Part shown: piece by piece, positions 1 to 9,532 of the stretch
Position numbering within the stretch: position 1 is the first letter of the stretch
How the letters are laid out: every line of letters starts with the position of its first letter
Source: an uncultured delta proteobacterium
Lineage (GTDB): Bacteria > Desulfobacterota > Binatia > Binatales > Binataceae
Assembly (NCBI GenBank): GCA_963794325.1
Contig: CAWCDG010000007.1
Location: forward strand, 64,001-128,000
Direction of reading: 5' to 3'
Length of the DNA stretch: 64,000 bases
The notes under the pieces: generated by a model
Database searches by the model: none
Seen by the model: the letters and a program-made list of their open reading frames with translations, nothing else
What the model was told of the DNA's origin: nothing
Made by a program: the position numbers and the translations under genes

Positions 1-286
1 TGACGACCAGGCCGTGCGCCTGCGCGAACGCATCGAAGTTCGAATAGCGCTCCTGTCCGGCGCCAGTGCTGCCGCTGCCGTGCATCATGATGAACGCCGG
101 CAGCCGTTTCCCACTCTGGCCGGGCGGCACGTAGAGCAGGTAGGTGCGGCTCACACCGTTCACGTCGATGGTGTGCGAGACGGCATCGCCGGCGGCAGCT
201 GGCTGCGACAGCGACAGGATAGCTGCAACCAAAAGGATCGCGGCAAGAATCGCGACGCGGGTAAGCATTCGATCAAATTTCCGCAT
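1..286 (-). CDS. Secreted PHB-depolymerase/LpqC-like esterase (5' part; runs off the window start)
   Basis: Not in ORF track. Manual minus-strand translation: MRKFDRMLTRVAILAAILLVAAILSLSQPAAAGDAVSHTIDVNGVSRTYLLYVPPGQSGKRLPAFIMMHGSGSTG..., i.e. signal peptide plus RTYLLYVP...MHG motif. Alternative ATG at 268. Confidence 0.75.
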   Translation of the reverse strand, partial: MRKFDRMLTRVAILAAILLVAAILSLSQPAAAGDAVSHTIDVNGVSRTYLLYVPPGQSGKRLPAFIMMHGSGSTGAGQERYSNFDAFAQAHGLVV

Positions 287-325
287 GCTGGGTCTATAGT
301 GCAGCGAGCCGTGCCCGCGCCAGAC

Positions 326-362
326 TTGCCAGAATATTCCTCGAGCGGCTAACATCTGTTAG
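326..362 (+). promoter_or_regulatory. Sigma70-like promoter overlapped by a palindromic operator
   Basis: TTGCCA (326-331), 18 nt, TAACAT (350-355); palindrome CTAACA-TC-TGTTAG at 349-362. Confidence 0.5.
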
Positions 363-405
363 GCAAGTTCCACCTGATCTTAACCCAGCGCGCGCGAAGG
401 ACTCT

Positions 406-1809
406 ATGAGATTTGGACTATTCTATGAGCATCAGCTCCCACGGCCGTGGGAGGAAAAGAGCGAGCTGCAACTGATTCAGGATGCGCTCGATCAGATCGA
501 GCTGGCGGACAAGCTCGGTTTCACAAATGTGTGGGAAGTCGAGCATCATTTTCTGGAGGAGTACTCGCACTCGAGCGCGCCCGAGGTTTTTCTCGCCGCG
601 GCCAGCCAGCGCACTACCAGGATGCGGCTCGGTCACGGAATCGTGCTGACCGCGCCCGGCTACAACCATCCCGCACGCATCGCCGAGCGAATCGCGATGC
701 TCGACCTGGTTTCAAAAGGGCGCGTCGAGTTCGGATCGGGCGAGTCGGGATCGCTGGCGGAGCTCGGCGGCTTCAATCTCGAGCCCGCGCTGAAACGCGA
801 TATGTGGCGCGAGGGACTCGAGACGGCGCTGCGCTGCATGACCGAAGTCCCGTTCGGCGGCGTCGACGGCAAGTACGTCAAGATGCCGCCGCGCAACGTG
901 GTGCCCAAGCCGGTACAGAAACCGCATCCGCCGGTGTGGGTCGCATGCTCGCGCCGCGAGACGATCCTGCTCGCCGCCGAATGTGGCATCGGCGCACTGA
1001 CGTTTTCGTTCATCGATCCGGAAGAAGCGGTGCATTGGGTCGGCGACTATCGCAAGACACTCGCGGAGAAATGCATTCCGATTGGCAGCGCGGTCAACCC
1101 GGAGATTTCGTGCGTGACCCCGATGATGTGCCACCAGGACGAGCGCGAGGCTATCCTGCGCGGGCTCGAGGGCGGCAATTTCTTTGGTTACTCGCTCGGC
1201 CACTACTACGTCTTCGGCGATCACAAGCCGGGCGTCTCAAATGTGTGGGAAGAATTCACGAACAAACGCGCCGAGCGCGGTTACTCGCCCGACGTGGCAA
1301 TTGCGATGCGTCAGCGACGGCTGAGCGCGCGGCTCGACAACGATGAGGGCGCGCAGCAGGGATTGCGCGGCGCGGTCGGCACTCCGGATCAGTTGCGCGA
1401 GTATTTCCGGCGCTTCGAGGACGCCGGCGTCGATCAGATGATCTTCGTGATGCAGGCGGGGAAGAACCGGCACGAGCACATTATGGAGTCGATCGAGCTG
1501 TTCGGCAGGAAAGTTTTGCCGGAGTTCGCAGAGCGCGACGTCGCGTATCGCGCGAAGAAGATGAAGGAGCTTGAGCCGATCATCGAGATAGTGATGAAGC
1601 GCAAGCGTGACGACGCTCCCAAGATGCCGGCTGACTATCTTATCGAGGCTCTCCCGAAACGGCTTATTCAGCAGGTCGGCGGCAAAGAGATGCTCGACAA
1701 GCTCGAGGGCGACTCGGCTATCGGCATTCCGCGGCCGCAGAATCTACAGGAGCGCTTGCAGCAAGGAATCGTCCCGCAGCGAGGATCGGACGGCGGCAAC
1801 GCGAAATAA
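406..1809 (+). CDS. LLM-class flavin-dependent oxidoreductase (luciferase-like monooxygenase)
   Basis: MRFGLF start, WEVEHHFLEEYSHSSAPE, HPARIAERIAMLDLVSKGRVEFG, PKPVQKPHPP motifs. Confidence 0.92.
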   Translation: MRFGLFYEHQLPRPWEEKSELQLIQDALDQIELADKLGFTNVWEVEHHFLEEYSHSSAPEVFLAAASQRTTRMRLGHGIVLTAPGYNHPARIAERIAMLDLVSKGRVEFGSGESGSLAELGGFNLEPALKRDMWREGLETALRCMTEVPFGGVDGKYVKMPPRNVVPKPVQKPHPPVWVACSRRETILLAAECGIGALTFSFIDPEEAVHWVGDYRKTLAEKCIPIGSAVNPEISCVTPMMCHQDEREAILRGLEGGNFFGYSLGHYYVFGDHKPGVSNVWEEFTNKRAERGYSPDVAIAMRQRRLSARLDNDEGAQQGLRGAVGTPDQLREYFRRFEDAGVDQMIFVMQAGKNRHEHIMESIELFGRKVLPEFAERDVAYRAKKMKELEPIIEIVMKRKRDDAPKMPADYLIEALPKRLIQQVGGKEMLDKLEGDSAIGIPRPQNLQERLQQGIVPQRGSDGGNAK

Positions 1810-1951
1810 GCGGCTCGCGACAGGTCGCGATTTAAGCATCACGGCTCTCTCGCATCTCACTTGCGGCAGGTGGGACGATCTGCAAGTTTGCGGGGTCGTC
1901 GTGTTGCGTAAATTCCTCGAAACTTCATAAAACTAAGGGAGACGATGGTAA

Positions 1952-2803
1952 ATGGCAAAAGTCCTGATCACCGGAACCAGCAAGGGAATCGGCTACCACG
2001 CCACGCTGCTCCTGGCGCGCGCGGGACACGAGGTGGTCGCTACCATGCGGAACCCGGGCGACTGCGATCTAGAGAAGGTTGCCAGGGACGCGAAGCTTTC
2101 GGTGACAGTCCTTCCGCTGGACGTCGATGACGATGAATCAGTAGCTGAAGTCTTTGGAAAGGTCGGCGATTCGATCGACGTGCTCATCAACAACGCCGGC
2201 ATCCTCAGTACCAACGCGATCGAGGACGAAAGCCTCGAACAATTTCAGCGCATGATGCAGACGAATTATTTCGGCGCGATACGCTGCGTCAAACAGGTGC
2301 TCCCGGCGATGCGCAAGCGGGGCTCAGGCTGCATCGTCAACGTGACATCGATCGCAGGGCGCGTCTGCTATGCCGCCGGCAGCGCTTACGGCGCATCGAA
2401 GTACGCCCTCGAAGCGTTCACCGAATGCCTGGCACAGGAGGTCAAAGGCTTCGGGATCAGGGTTGCGTTGCTGGAGCCGGGCATCATCGATACTCCAATG
2501 GCCACCACGAACCTTCCGCCATACCAGGAAGACACGGTCTATCCTCACGGGCGCCGGCTTCATGCATTCTTCCAAAACCCAGGGAAGCCCGAAGCGTCAC
2601 CGGTTCTGGTTGGCGAGATGATCCGCTACATAATCGAGAGCGGCGACCCGCGGCTGCGCTTCCCGGTTGGTCCCGACGCGCACTCCTTCCTGGGCTGGCG
2701 CGCCGCACTGAGCGACGAGGATTGGGTAGGACTCGGTGGCCTGAAGAACGATGCGGACTACTTTGATCGAGTCTTCATAGATACCGGAGTCGATCTGCGC
2801 TAA
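1952..2803 (+). CDS. SDR family oxidoreductase
   Basis: TGTSKGIG, NNAG, YGASK motifs. Confidence 0.93.
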   Translation: MAKVLITGTSKGIGYHATLLLARAGHEVVATMRNPGDCDLEKVARDAKLSVTVLPLDVDDDESVAEVFGKVGDSIDVLINNAGILSTNAIEDESLEQFQRMMQTNYFGAIRCVKQVLPAMRKRGSGCIVNVTSIAGRVCYAAGSAYGASKYALEAFTECLAQEVKGFGIRVALLEPGIIDTPMATTNLPPYQEDTVYPHGRRLHAFFQNPGKPEASPVLVGEMIRYIIESGDPRLRFPVGPDAHSFLGWRAALSDEDWVGLGGLKNDADYFDRVFIDTGVDLR

Positions 2804-2844
2804 AGCGTCAGGTCGTTCCTGGATCCTGGGGAGGATAACTCGTT

Positions 2845-4116
2845 ATGGGACGGATCTTCTTTCGCCGCGCGAATTTGATCGACGGCCGCAGCGCACCAAA
2901 GAAAAACGCGACCGTCGTGGTCGAAGATGAGCGCATCACTGCGGTTGCTACCAACGGCGACGCGCCGAAGCCCAATGCTAACGACGTGGTTTACGATCTC
3001 GCCGGCCGATCGCTGATGCCGGGGATGGTCCAGTGCCACTATCACGTCGCCTACGCCGACATTGAAGTGCTCGAAGATATCGACTTGAAGCATCCGGCGA
3101 CGATGCTCGCATTGATCGCCGCGAAAAATGCCGAGTTGCTATTGCGATCCGGCTTCACCGGCGCGGTCAGCGCGGGCACGCTGCACAATATCGACGCGAC
3201 TCTCAAACGCGCGATCGACGAGGGCATGATACCGGGACCGCGCCTGGTGCCCTGCGGATCCGAGATCATTACTACCGGCGACTCCGTTGATATCCATCCG
3301 AGCTGGTGGAAGTTGCAGCTGGAGGGTGGCGTTCTGATCTGCGATGGACCCGACGAATTCCGCAAAGCAGTGCGCAACCAAATCAAGCAGGGCGCCGAAA
3401 TTATCAAGGTCGGCTTGACCGGCGGCCATGGCCTGGCCTTTTCCGCCGACGTCATGTCGATGACGATCGAAGAAATTAACGCCGCCGCCGACACCGCGCA
3501 TGAACGCGGGAAGAGAATCCGCGGGCACACCGTTTCCAAGCGTGGCATCGTGGCCGCGCTCGACGCCCGCTTCGACCTTATCGACCATTGCGACCGGATG
3601 GACGACGAATGTATCGAGCGGCTGGTCAAGCAAGAAACCTTCGTCACCCCGAGCCTCTACTTCCCATACATGACGGTCGAGCGAAGTCGGCGGGCAGGAA
3701 ATGGCTCGATGGCCGGCATCGACGAGTTGAAGCAAGGCCTCGAGTACTCATACAAAATGGTGCCCAGGGCGAACGCCGCCGGGGTCAAGCTGGTGGTCGG
3801 CGATGATTTCGGCGTCGCGGGGTTGCTCCACGGCGACTATGCGAAGGAGCTCGAGGCCTATGCTAAAGGCGCGGGAATTCCCACGCTCGATGTGATCGGC
3901 TGGGCGACCCGCAACGGCGCCGAGATGCTCGGGATGAAGGACGATCTCGGGACGATCGAAGCGGGCAAGCTGGCTGACCTGCTGGTCGTCAACGGCGATC
4001 CGGTGAAGGACATTACCGTGCTGCAGGATCGCGCCAATCTCGACGTGATAATGAAAGGCGGAAAGTTCATCGAGTGCCAGCTCACGCCGGGCAAAGCAAT
4101 TGCCAAGTCTGCGTAA
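2845..4116 (+). CDS. Metal-dependent amidohydrolase (prolidase-like)
   Basis: MPGMVQCHYH (HxH), IIKV, GHT, DHC, GDDFG, GTIEAGKLADLLVVNGDP. Confidence 0.9.
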   Translation: MGRIFFRRANLIDGRSAPKKNATVVVEDERITAVATNGDAPKPNANDVVYDLAGRSLMPGMVQCHYHVAYADIEVLEDIDLKHPATMLALIAAKNAELLLRSGFTGAVSAGTLHNIDATLKRAIDEGMIPGPRLVPCGSEIITTGDSVDIHPSWWKLQLEGGVLICDGPDEFRKAVRNQIKQGAEIIKVGLTGGHGLAFSADVMSMTIEEINAAADTAHERGKRIRGHTVSKRGIVAALDARFDLIDHCDRMDDECIERLVKQETFVTPSLYFPYMTVERSRRAGNGSMAGIDELKQGLEYSYKMVPRANAAGVKLVVGDDFGVAGLLHGDYAKELEAYAKGAGIPTLDVIGWATRNGAEMLGMKDDLGTIEAGKLADLLVVNGDPVKDITVLQDRANLDVIMKGGKFIECQLTPGKAIAKSA

Positions 4117-4119
4117 CGA

Positions 4120-6939
4120 TTGATGCGTTGCACCAAGTGCCGGACGAATAATCCCGCGACAAATAATTTCTGCGCGAAGTGCGGAAATTCGCTCGCGAAG
4201 AATTGCGCGAAGTGTAAAGCGGAAAATCCGCCGACCGCTGACTTCTGCGGCCAGTGCGGGACTCCACTGAATATCGGTGGAAGTGCGGCAGCATCAACTT
4301 CGTCGCCTCCAGAATCAACTTCCAACGTGCGGGTTGCGCCAGAGAGCGCCTCATCCGAAGCGCTCGAGGGCGAGCGCAAGACGGTCACGGCGCTGTTTGC
4401 CGATATCAAGGAGTCGACCGAGTTGGAGCAGGATCTGGATCCTGAAGAGGCGCGCGCGATTATCGATCCTGCGCTGAAGCTGATGATCGACGCGGTCCGC
4501 CGCTACGACGGCTACATCGTGCAGAGCACCGGCGACGGCATCTTCGCGTTGTTCGGCGCGCCGGTCGCGCACGAAGACCATCCGCAGCGCGCACTGTACG
4601 CAGCTTTGCGGATGCAGGATGAGCTGACGCGATATTCCGCGCGATTGCGCGAGGCTGGCAACCTGCCAATCGAAGCGCGCGTCGGCGTGAACACTGGCGA
4701 AGTGGTCGTACGGTCGATCTCGACCGGAGGCGGGCACACTGAATACACGCCGATCGGGCACACGACGAATCTCGCATCGCGGATGCAGGCGCTCGCGCCG
4801 ACTGGCTCGATCGCGATCAGCGAGCAAACTCGCAAGCTGGTCGAGGGCTACTTCGCGCTCAAGCCATTGGGCCCGACCAAGGTCAAAGGCGTCAGCGAAC
4901 CGGTCAATGTGTACGAAGTCACGGGCCTCGGACCTCTGCGGACCCGCTTGCAGCGATCGGCGGGACGTGGACTTACCAAGTTCGTCGGGCGCGAGCGCGA
5001 GATGGAAGCGCTCGCACGCTCTGCCGATCAGGCAAAAGCCGGCCGTGGCCAGATAGTCGCCGCGATGGCGGAAGCGGGCACCGGCAAGTCGCGCCTTTTT
5101 TTCGAGTTCAAGGCGAAGAATCAGTCGGGCTGGATGGTGCTCGAGACGTTCTCGGTCTCGCATGGCAAAGCGTCGTCATATTTTCCCGTAATCGATCTGC
5201 TGCACACCTATTTCAAGATTACCGGCGATGACGACGAGCGCTCCCGGCGCGCCAAGGCAATCGGCGCCGTGCTCGCCCTGGATCGCGCGCTCGAAGACAC
5301 TTTGCCCTATATCTTCGCACTGCTCGGCATCGTCGAAGGCGCCGATCCGATGGAGCAGATGGACGCGCAAGTCCGCAAGCGGCGCACGCTCGATGCGATT
5401 AAGCGGATACTGCTGCGCGAGTCGATGAATCAGCCGCTGATGGTGATCTTCGAGGACTTGCACTGGATCGACGACGAGACGCAGGCGTTCCTGAATCTGC
5501 TCGCCGATTCGATCGGCACCGCCAAGCTACTGCTGCTGGTGAACTATCGCCCCGAGTATTCGCATCAGTGGGGATCGAAGACCTACTACACGCAGCTGCG
5601 GCTCGATCCGCTGAACAAGGACAGCGCCGACGAGATGCTCTCGGCCATGCTTGGCGAAGGGGCCGCGGCGCAGCCGCTCAAGCGGCTTATCATCGAACGC
5701 ACCGAAGGCAATCCATTCTTCATGGAAGAGACCGTGCAGGTGTTGCTCGATGAGGGTGCGCTGGTGCGCGAGGGCTCGTCGATCCGGCTCACCAAAGCGC
5801 TGGGCGAGTTGAAGATCCCGCCGACGGTGCAGGCGATCCTCGCCGCGCGCATCGATCGCCTGCCGCCCGCGGGAAAAGATCTTCTTCAGAATCTTGCCGT
5901 CATAGGAAAGGAGTTTCAGCTAAGCCTCGTGCGCGCAGTGGTCGGAACTTCTGCCGACGATCTTGCGCAGATGCTCGACGACCTGCAGCTCGGCGAGTTC
6001 ATTTACGAGCAGCCGGCGATGGGCGATGTCGAGTACACCTTCAAGCACGCGCTCACGCAGGAAGTCGCCTACAATTCGGTGCTGATAGAACGCCGCCGCG
6101 TGCTCCACGATCGAGCCGGCACAGCTATCGAAGCCCTTCACGCAGACCATCTCGATGATCATCTGGCGGAACTGGCGCATCACTTCGCTCGCAGCGCCAA
6201 CGTCAGCAAAGCGGTGCGGTACCTGACGCTTGCAGGCAGACAATCGCTCGAGCGCTATGCGCTGGCCGAGTCTTACGCGCAGTTGCAGAAGGGACTCGAG
6301 TTGCTCAGGACCTTGCCCGAATCGCCGGCGCGTGACGCGAGTGAACTGGATCTCGCTATAGTTCTCGTCACGACTCTGTGGCGAACCAGGGGACCAGGCG
6401 CGACCGAAACCCGCGAAGTAGGCACGCGCGCCGCGGCACTCGCTGAGAAAACCGGGAACCTTGCACAGATCATCTTGCTGCTGAATGTGATGCGGGTCAG
6501 CACCCTGATTTCAGGCGACTATGCCGGGGCGGCGGCGCTCTCAGATCGGCTCTTCGATTTGGCTGAGCGCGAAGGAAGCCCTGCCAGCCTCGCACCTGCT
6601 CACCTCGCCAAACTCCAAACACGCTACTATCGCGGCGATCTGCTGGGCACCGAAGCACATTTCGAAGTTTGGCGTAACGTCCGTGAAGCGGGCCTGGTCG
6701 AAAGAAATTCCAGTTCGGCTGTAATTTTATTGGCGATTGCAGGCCAATGCGCATGGTACCTCGGCCATGCCGACAAAGCCCGTGAACGTTTTGCAGAAGC
6801 GATCGCGACAGCGCGCGAGCTCAAAGATCCTTTCGTATTGGCGACTGCCGGATTTTTCGAGTCCTCCTTCTACCGGAGTTCGAGGGATAGTGACATCGCG
6901 GCCGGTCCGCGAGTTGATTCGCGACGACGAGAGTGGTGA
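4120..6939 (+). pseudogene. Double zinc ribbon - class III adenylate/guanylate cyclase - STAND ATPase - TPR protein, C-terminally truncated
   Basis: CxxC ribbons, FADIKEST, GDGIFALFGAP, NLASRMQ, AGTGKS, FEDLHWID. Lacks about 160 aa of the C-terminal TPR region seen in the paralog at 61729; the last ~17 aa appear out of frame. Confidence 0.75.
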
Positions 6940-7141
6940 GGGAATTCCGCTGAGCGCGCTCGGCACGCCGCCGACCGAAGCGGATCTCGCGAAGACGATT
7001 GCGAAGTTCCGCAAGCCGGAGGATATCAATATTATCGTGGCTGGCGGCAACGCCGGGAAATTTTCCGCGGTTTTCGCCGGATGGGTCTCGGGTCCGATGG
7101 GATCGTCCAGCGTCAGCCGGCGAATCGAGGAGGCAACATGA
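6890..7141 (+). pseudogene. 3' remnant of the conserved partner gene of UGSC selenoproteins
   Basis: RPVRELIRDDESGEGIP...KFRKPEDINIIVAGGNAGKFSAVFAGW resembles the C-terminus of that family. No start or RBS. Stop overlaps the next ATG (ATGA). Confidence 0.6.
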
Positions 7142-7659
7142 AGCAGGTAATTGTGGATCCGACCGATGAGCGCGTGCCGATTAAACGCACGCTGGCTGCT
7201 CGTTCTGACTCGATCGTCGGGCGCGTCGCGCTGCTCGATATCGCCAAGCCGCGTGGCAACGTGCTGATCGACCGTCTCGCCGAGCATTTGCATGATCGGC
7301 TGCCGGGCATCGAGATCAAGCGGTTTCGCAAACCGACCTTCACCAAGCCGGCGCCCGAGGACTTGCGCCGCCGCATCGCGCAGGAGGCTGACTTCGTTAT
7401 CGAAGCGCTCGCCGATTGAGGGTCATGCACGACGTGCAGTGTGCACGACTCCGTATGGTTCGAGATTAATAAGAAGCCCGCGGTTGTGATCGCGTCCGAT
7501 GAGTTCGTTGACGCTGCGCAGAAACAGGCTGCCGCGCTGGGACTGCCCGAGCTTCGCCGCGTTTTCGTCGCGCATCCGATTCAGGACGCCACCGACGATC
7601 AGATGCGCGCGAAGGCCGATGCGATCGTCAACGACGTGATCGCGGCGCTGAAGAATTAA
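7138..7659 (+). CDS. UGSC family selenoprotein (173 aa, Sec at TGA 7417-7419)
   Basis: ORFs 7081..7419 and 7441..7659 are in the same frame; readthrough gives IEALAD-U-GSCTTCSVHD. RBS GAGGAGG precedes ATG 7138. Confidence 0.88.
7420..7452 (+). promoter_or_regulatory. Putative bacterial SECIS element
   Basis: Directly 3' of the UGA: GGGUC (7420-24) pairs with GACUC (7447-51) and UGCAC (7426-30) pairs with GUGCA (7441-45), around a G-containing apical loop. Confidence 0.65.
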
Positions 7660-7662
7660 CTG

Positions 7663-9324
7663 CTACCTGATCAATGTCGAGGTCGATTCGGCGACGTCGG
7701 TAACCATCCTGCCAGTCGCGGAGAAGGTTCCAGCCGTCGGATCGTAGAGATCGGCGTAACTCGATCTGCCTCCGGCGATCAGCGCGAGGCCGCTCTCGAG
7801 CACCGTCGCCATCGCGCCGATGTGAAGGTTGTGCATCGAGCCGGTGGCGGCAAAAGTCGCGCGCGCAGGATCGAAGAGCTCGGCAGTCTGCAGAAATTCC
7901 GTGTCGCTGCTCTGACCGCCCGCGATTAGCACCTTGCCGGTGGCCAGCAGAACCGCGGAATGCATCGTGCGCGCCGTCGTCATCGCGCCGACCGGTGAGA
8001 ACGTCGCCGTCTGAGGATTGAAGACCTCGGCGCTGTCGCTCGGCGCGCTATCGGCGCCGCCGCCCGCAACCAGCACGCTGCCGGCAAGAGACCCCGACAC
8101 GACAGTCGGCGAAAGCCAGGTGGCGCTATGACTTTCGCGCGGCGTACTCATCCTTCCCGTTAACGTGAACTGACCGGTCGTGGGGTCATAAAGTTCCGCG
8201 GTTGCGATGTCGCCGCCGCTCTCATCGCTGGTGCCTCCCGCGATCAGAACGTTTCCCGCCAGAGGACCGCTCGCGATCAGTGTCGCCGAATGACGCGCGC
8301 GCGTCGCCTTCATCGCACCGGTCGATGAGAACTTGCCGGTCGCCGGGTCGTACAGTGTTGCGCTCCTTAATGTGGAACCGAGCGAGCCGGCCGCCGTCGT
8401 GCCTCCTGCTATCAACACTTTGCCGTCGGCCGCGCAATTGCAGCCCGAAATCAGCGTCGCGCTATGCGCCGCGCGGGGCGTGTCCATCTTCGAGGCGAGC
8501 GCCGAAAATGTTCCTTTGATTGGATCGTACAATTCAGCCGACGACAGCGCGCGGCCCGAGGCGCCCTCGCCGCCTGCGATCAGGATCCTGCCGTTGGGCA
8601 ACACTGTCGCGGTGTGATCCGCGCGCGCATCATTCATCGATGACGTCGCAGCGAACGCGTTCTTCGCCGGATCGAAGAGCTCCGCATTCGCGAGTGCGAA
8701 TTGGCCGGCGCCCTGCCCGCCCGCCACCAGTACAAAACCAGACGGCGACGCGACCGCCGGACGTCTGGCCGGCGGAGTCCCGCCGCTCGGATTCGAGTTA
8801 GCAGGATTTATCCCGCCGCTCGACGACGCCGGTGAACTCGGCAACGACTGTCCAGTAGGCGAAGTCAGCGGCGCCGAGATGCCTCCGACCGCGCTCAACG
8901 CTATCTGCCCTGTTGGTTGCGAGTTGCCGCCGAGCAGGGGAGCGGCGCTGCCCTGATCATTCCATGCGCCCGGCGGCTGCGGTGGCTCAGAATTCTGGCC
9001 CGGCAAATCCGGAACCATCATGACCATGGTCGCGTCGCTTGATTTCTCTCCCTTCGGTGGAGGTGGCGAGAATCCGAACTGCTTTGGCAGAGCGCTCGCG
9101 ACGGGATTCGCGTGGTGCGCATGCGATGCGACGCTGGATTTTGCCGATCGCGATGTTGTCGCGACGTTTTCAGAGTGCTCGGGCGTCGAAATTGCGAAAT
9201 CGAAATGACGACGAGGACTCGGGCCGCGATCCAGCGCAACCAACGCAGTCATCGCGCTCGCGGCGATCACTCCGCCGGCAAGCAGCGCGTTGCGCATCAA
9301 CGGTCGGTCCCTCAACCCAGCCAT
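7663..9324 (-). CDS. Exported Kelch-repeat beta-propeller protein
   Basis: Repeated R..H.AT.L..G.VLIAGG....AELYDP..G.F units; N-terminal hydrophobic segment and Pro/Ser-rich linker. Confidence 0.9.
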   Translation of the reverse strand: MAGLRDRPLMRNALLAGGVIAASAMTALVALDRGPSPRRHFDFAISTPEHSENVATTSRSAKSSVASHAHHANPVASALPKQFGFSPPPPKGEKSSDATMVMMVPDLPGQNSEPPQPPGAWNDQGSAAPLLGGNSQPTGQIALSAVGGISAPLTSPTGQSLPSSPASSSGGINPANSNPSGGTPPARRPAVASPSGFVLVAGGQGAGQFALANAELFDPAKNAFAATSSMNDARADHTATVLPNGRILIAGGEGASGRALSSAELYDPIKGTFSALASKMDTPRAAHSATLISGCNCAADGKVLIAGGTTAAGSLGSTLRSATLYDPATGKFSSTGAMKATRARHSATLIASGPLAGNVLIAGGTSDESGGDIATAELYDPTTGQFTLTGRMSTPRESHSATWLSPTVVSGSLAGSVLVAGGGADSAPSDSAEVFNPQTATFSPVGAMTTARTMHSAVLLATGKVLIAGGQSSDTEFLQTAELFDPARATFAATGSMHNLHIGAMATVLESGLALIAGGRSSYADLYDPTAGTFSATGRMVTDVAESTSTLIR

Positions 9325-9532
9325 CGCGAAAACCCCTCGCGCGAGCTATTCCCGGATGAGAATGGCGAAATAGTAGTACGATCGCGAGCGATTCGGAAGT
9401 CAGCGCGGGGTCGTGCGCGTCGCGAGGTTCCAGAATTCGCGTGGGCAATCGAGAAGCGAAATTCCGTGCGGGTTTATTTGGATCCTCGCGCGTGATGAAA
9501 TCTTTCGACGGATTGAAGGCATCGGCGGAATC

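Noticed and set aside
14-352. Plus-strand 112-aa ORF
   Set aside because: Shadow of the minus-strand esterase, which has a signal peptide and family motifs.
6937-6939. Selenocysteine readthrough at the cyclase TGA
   Set aside because: The stop lies in apparently out-of-frame sequence past the junction, with no redox motif.
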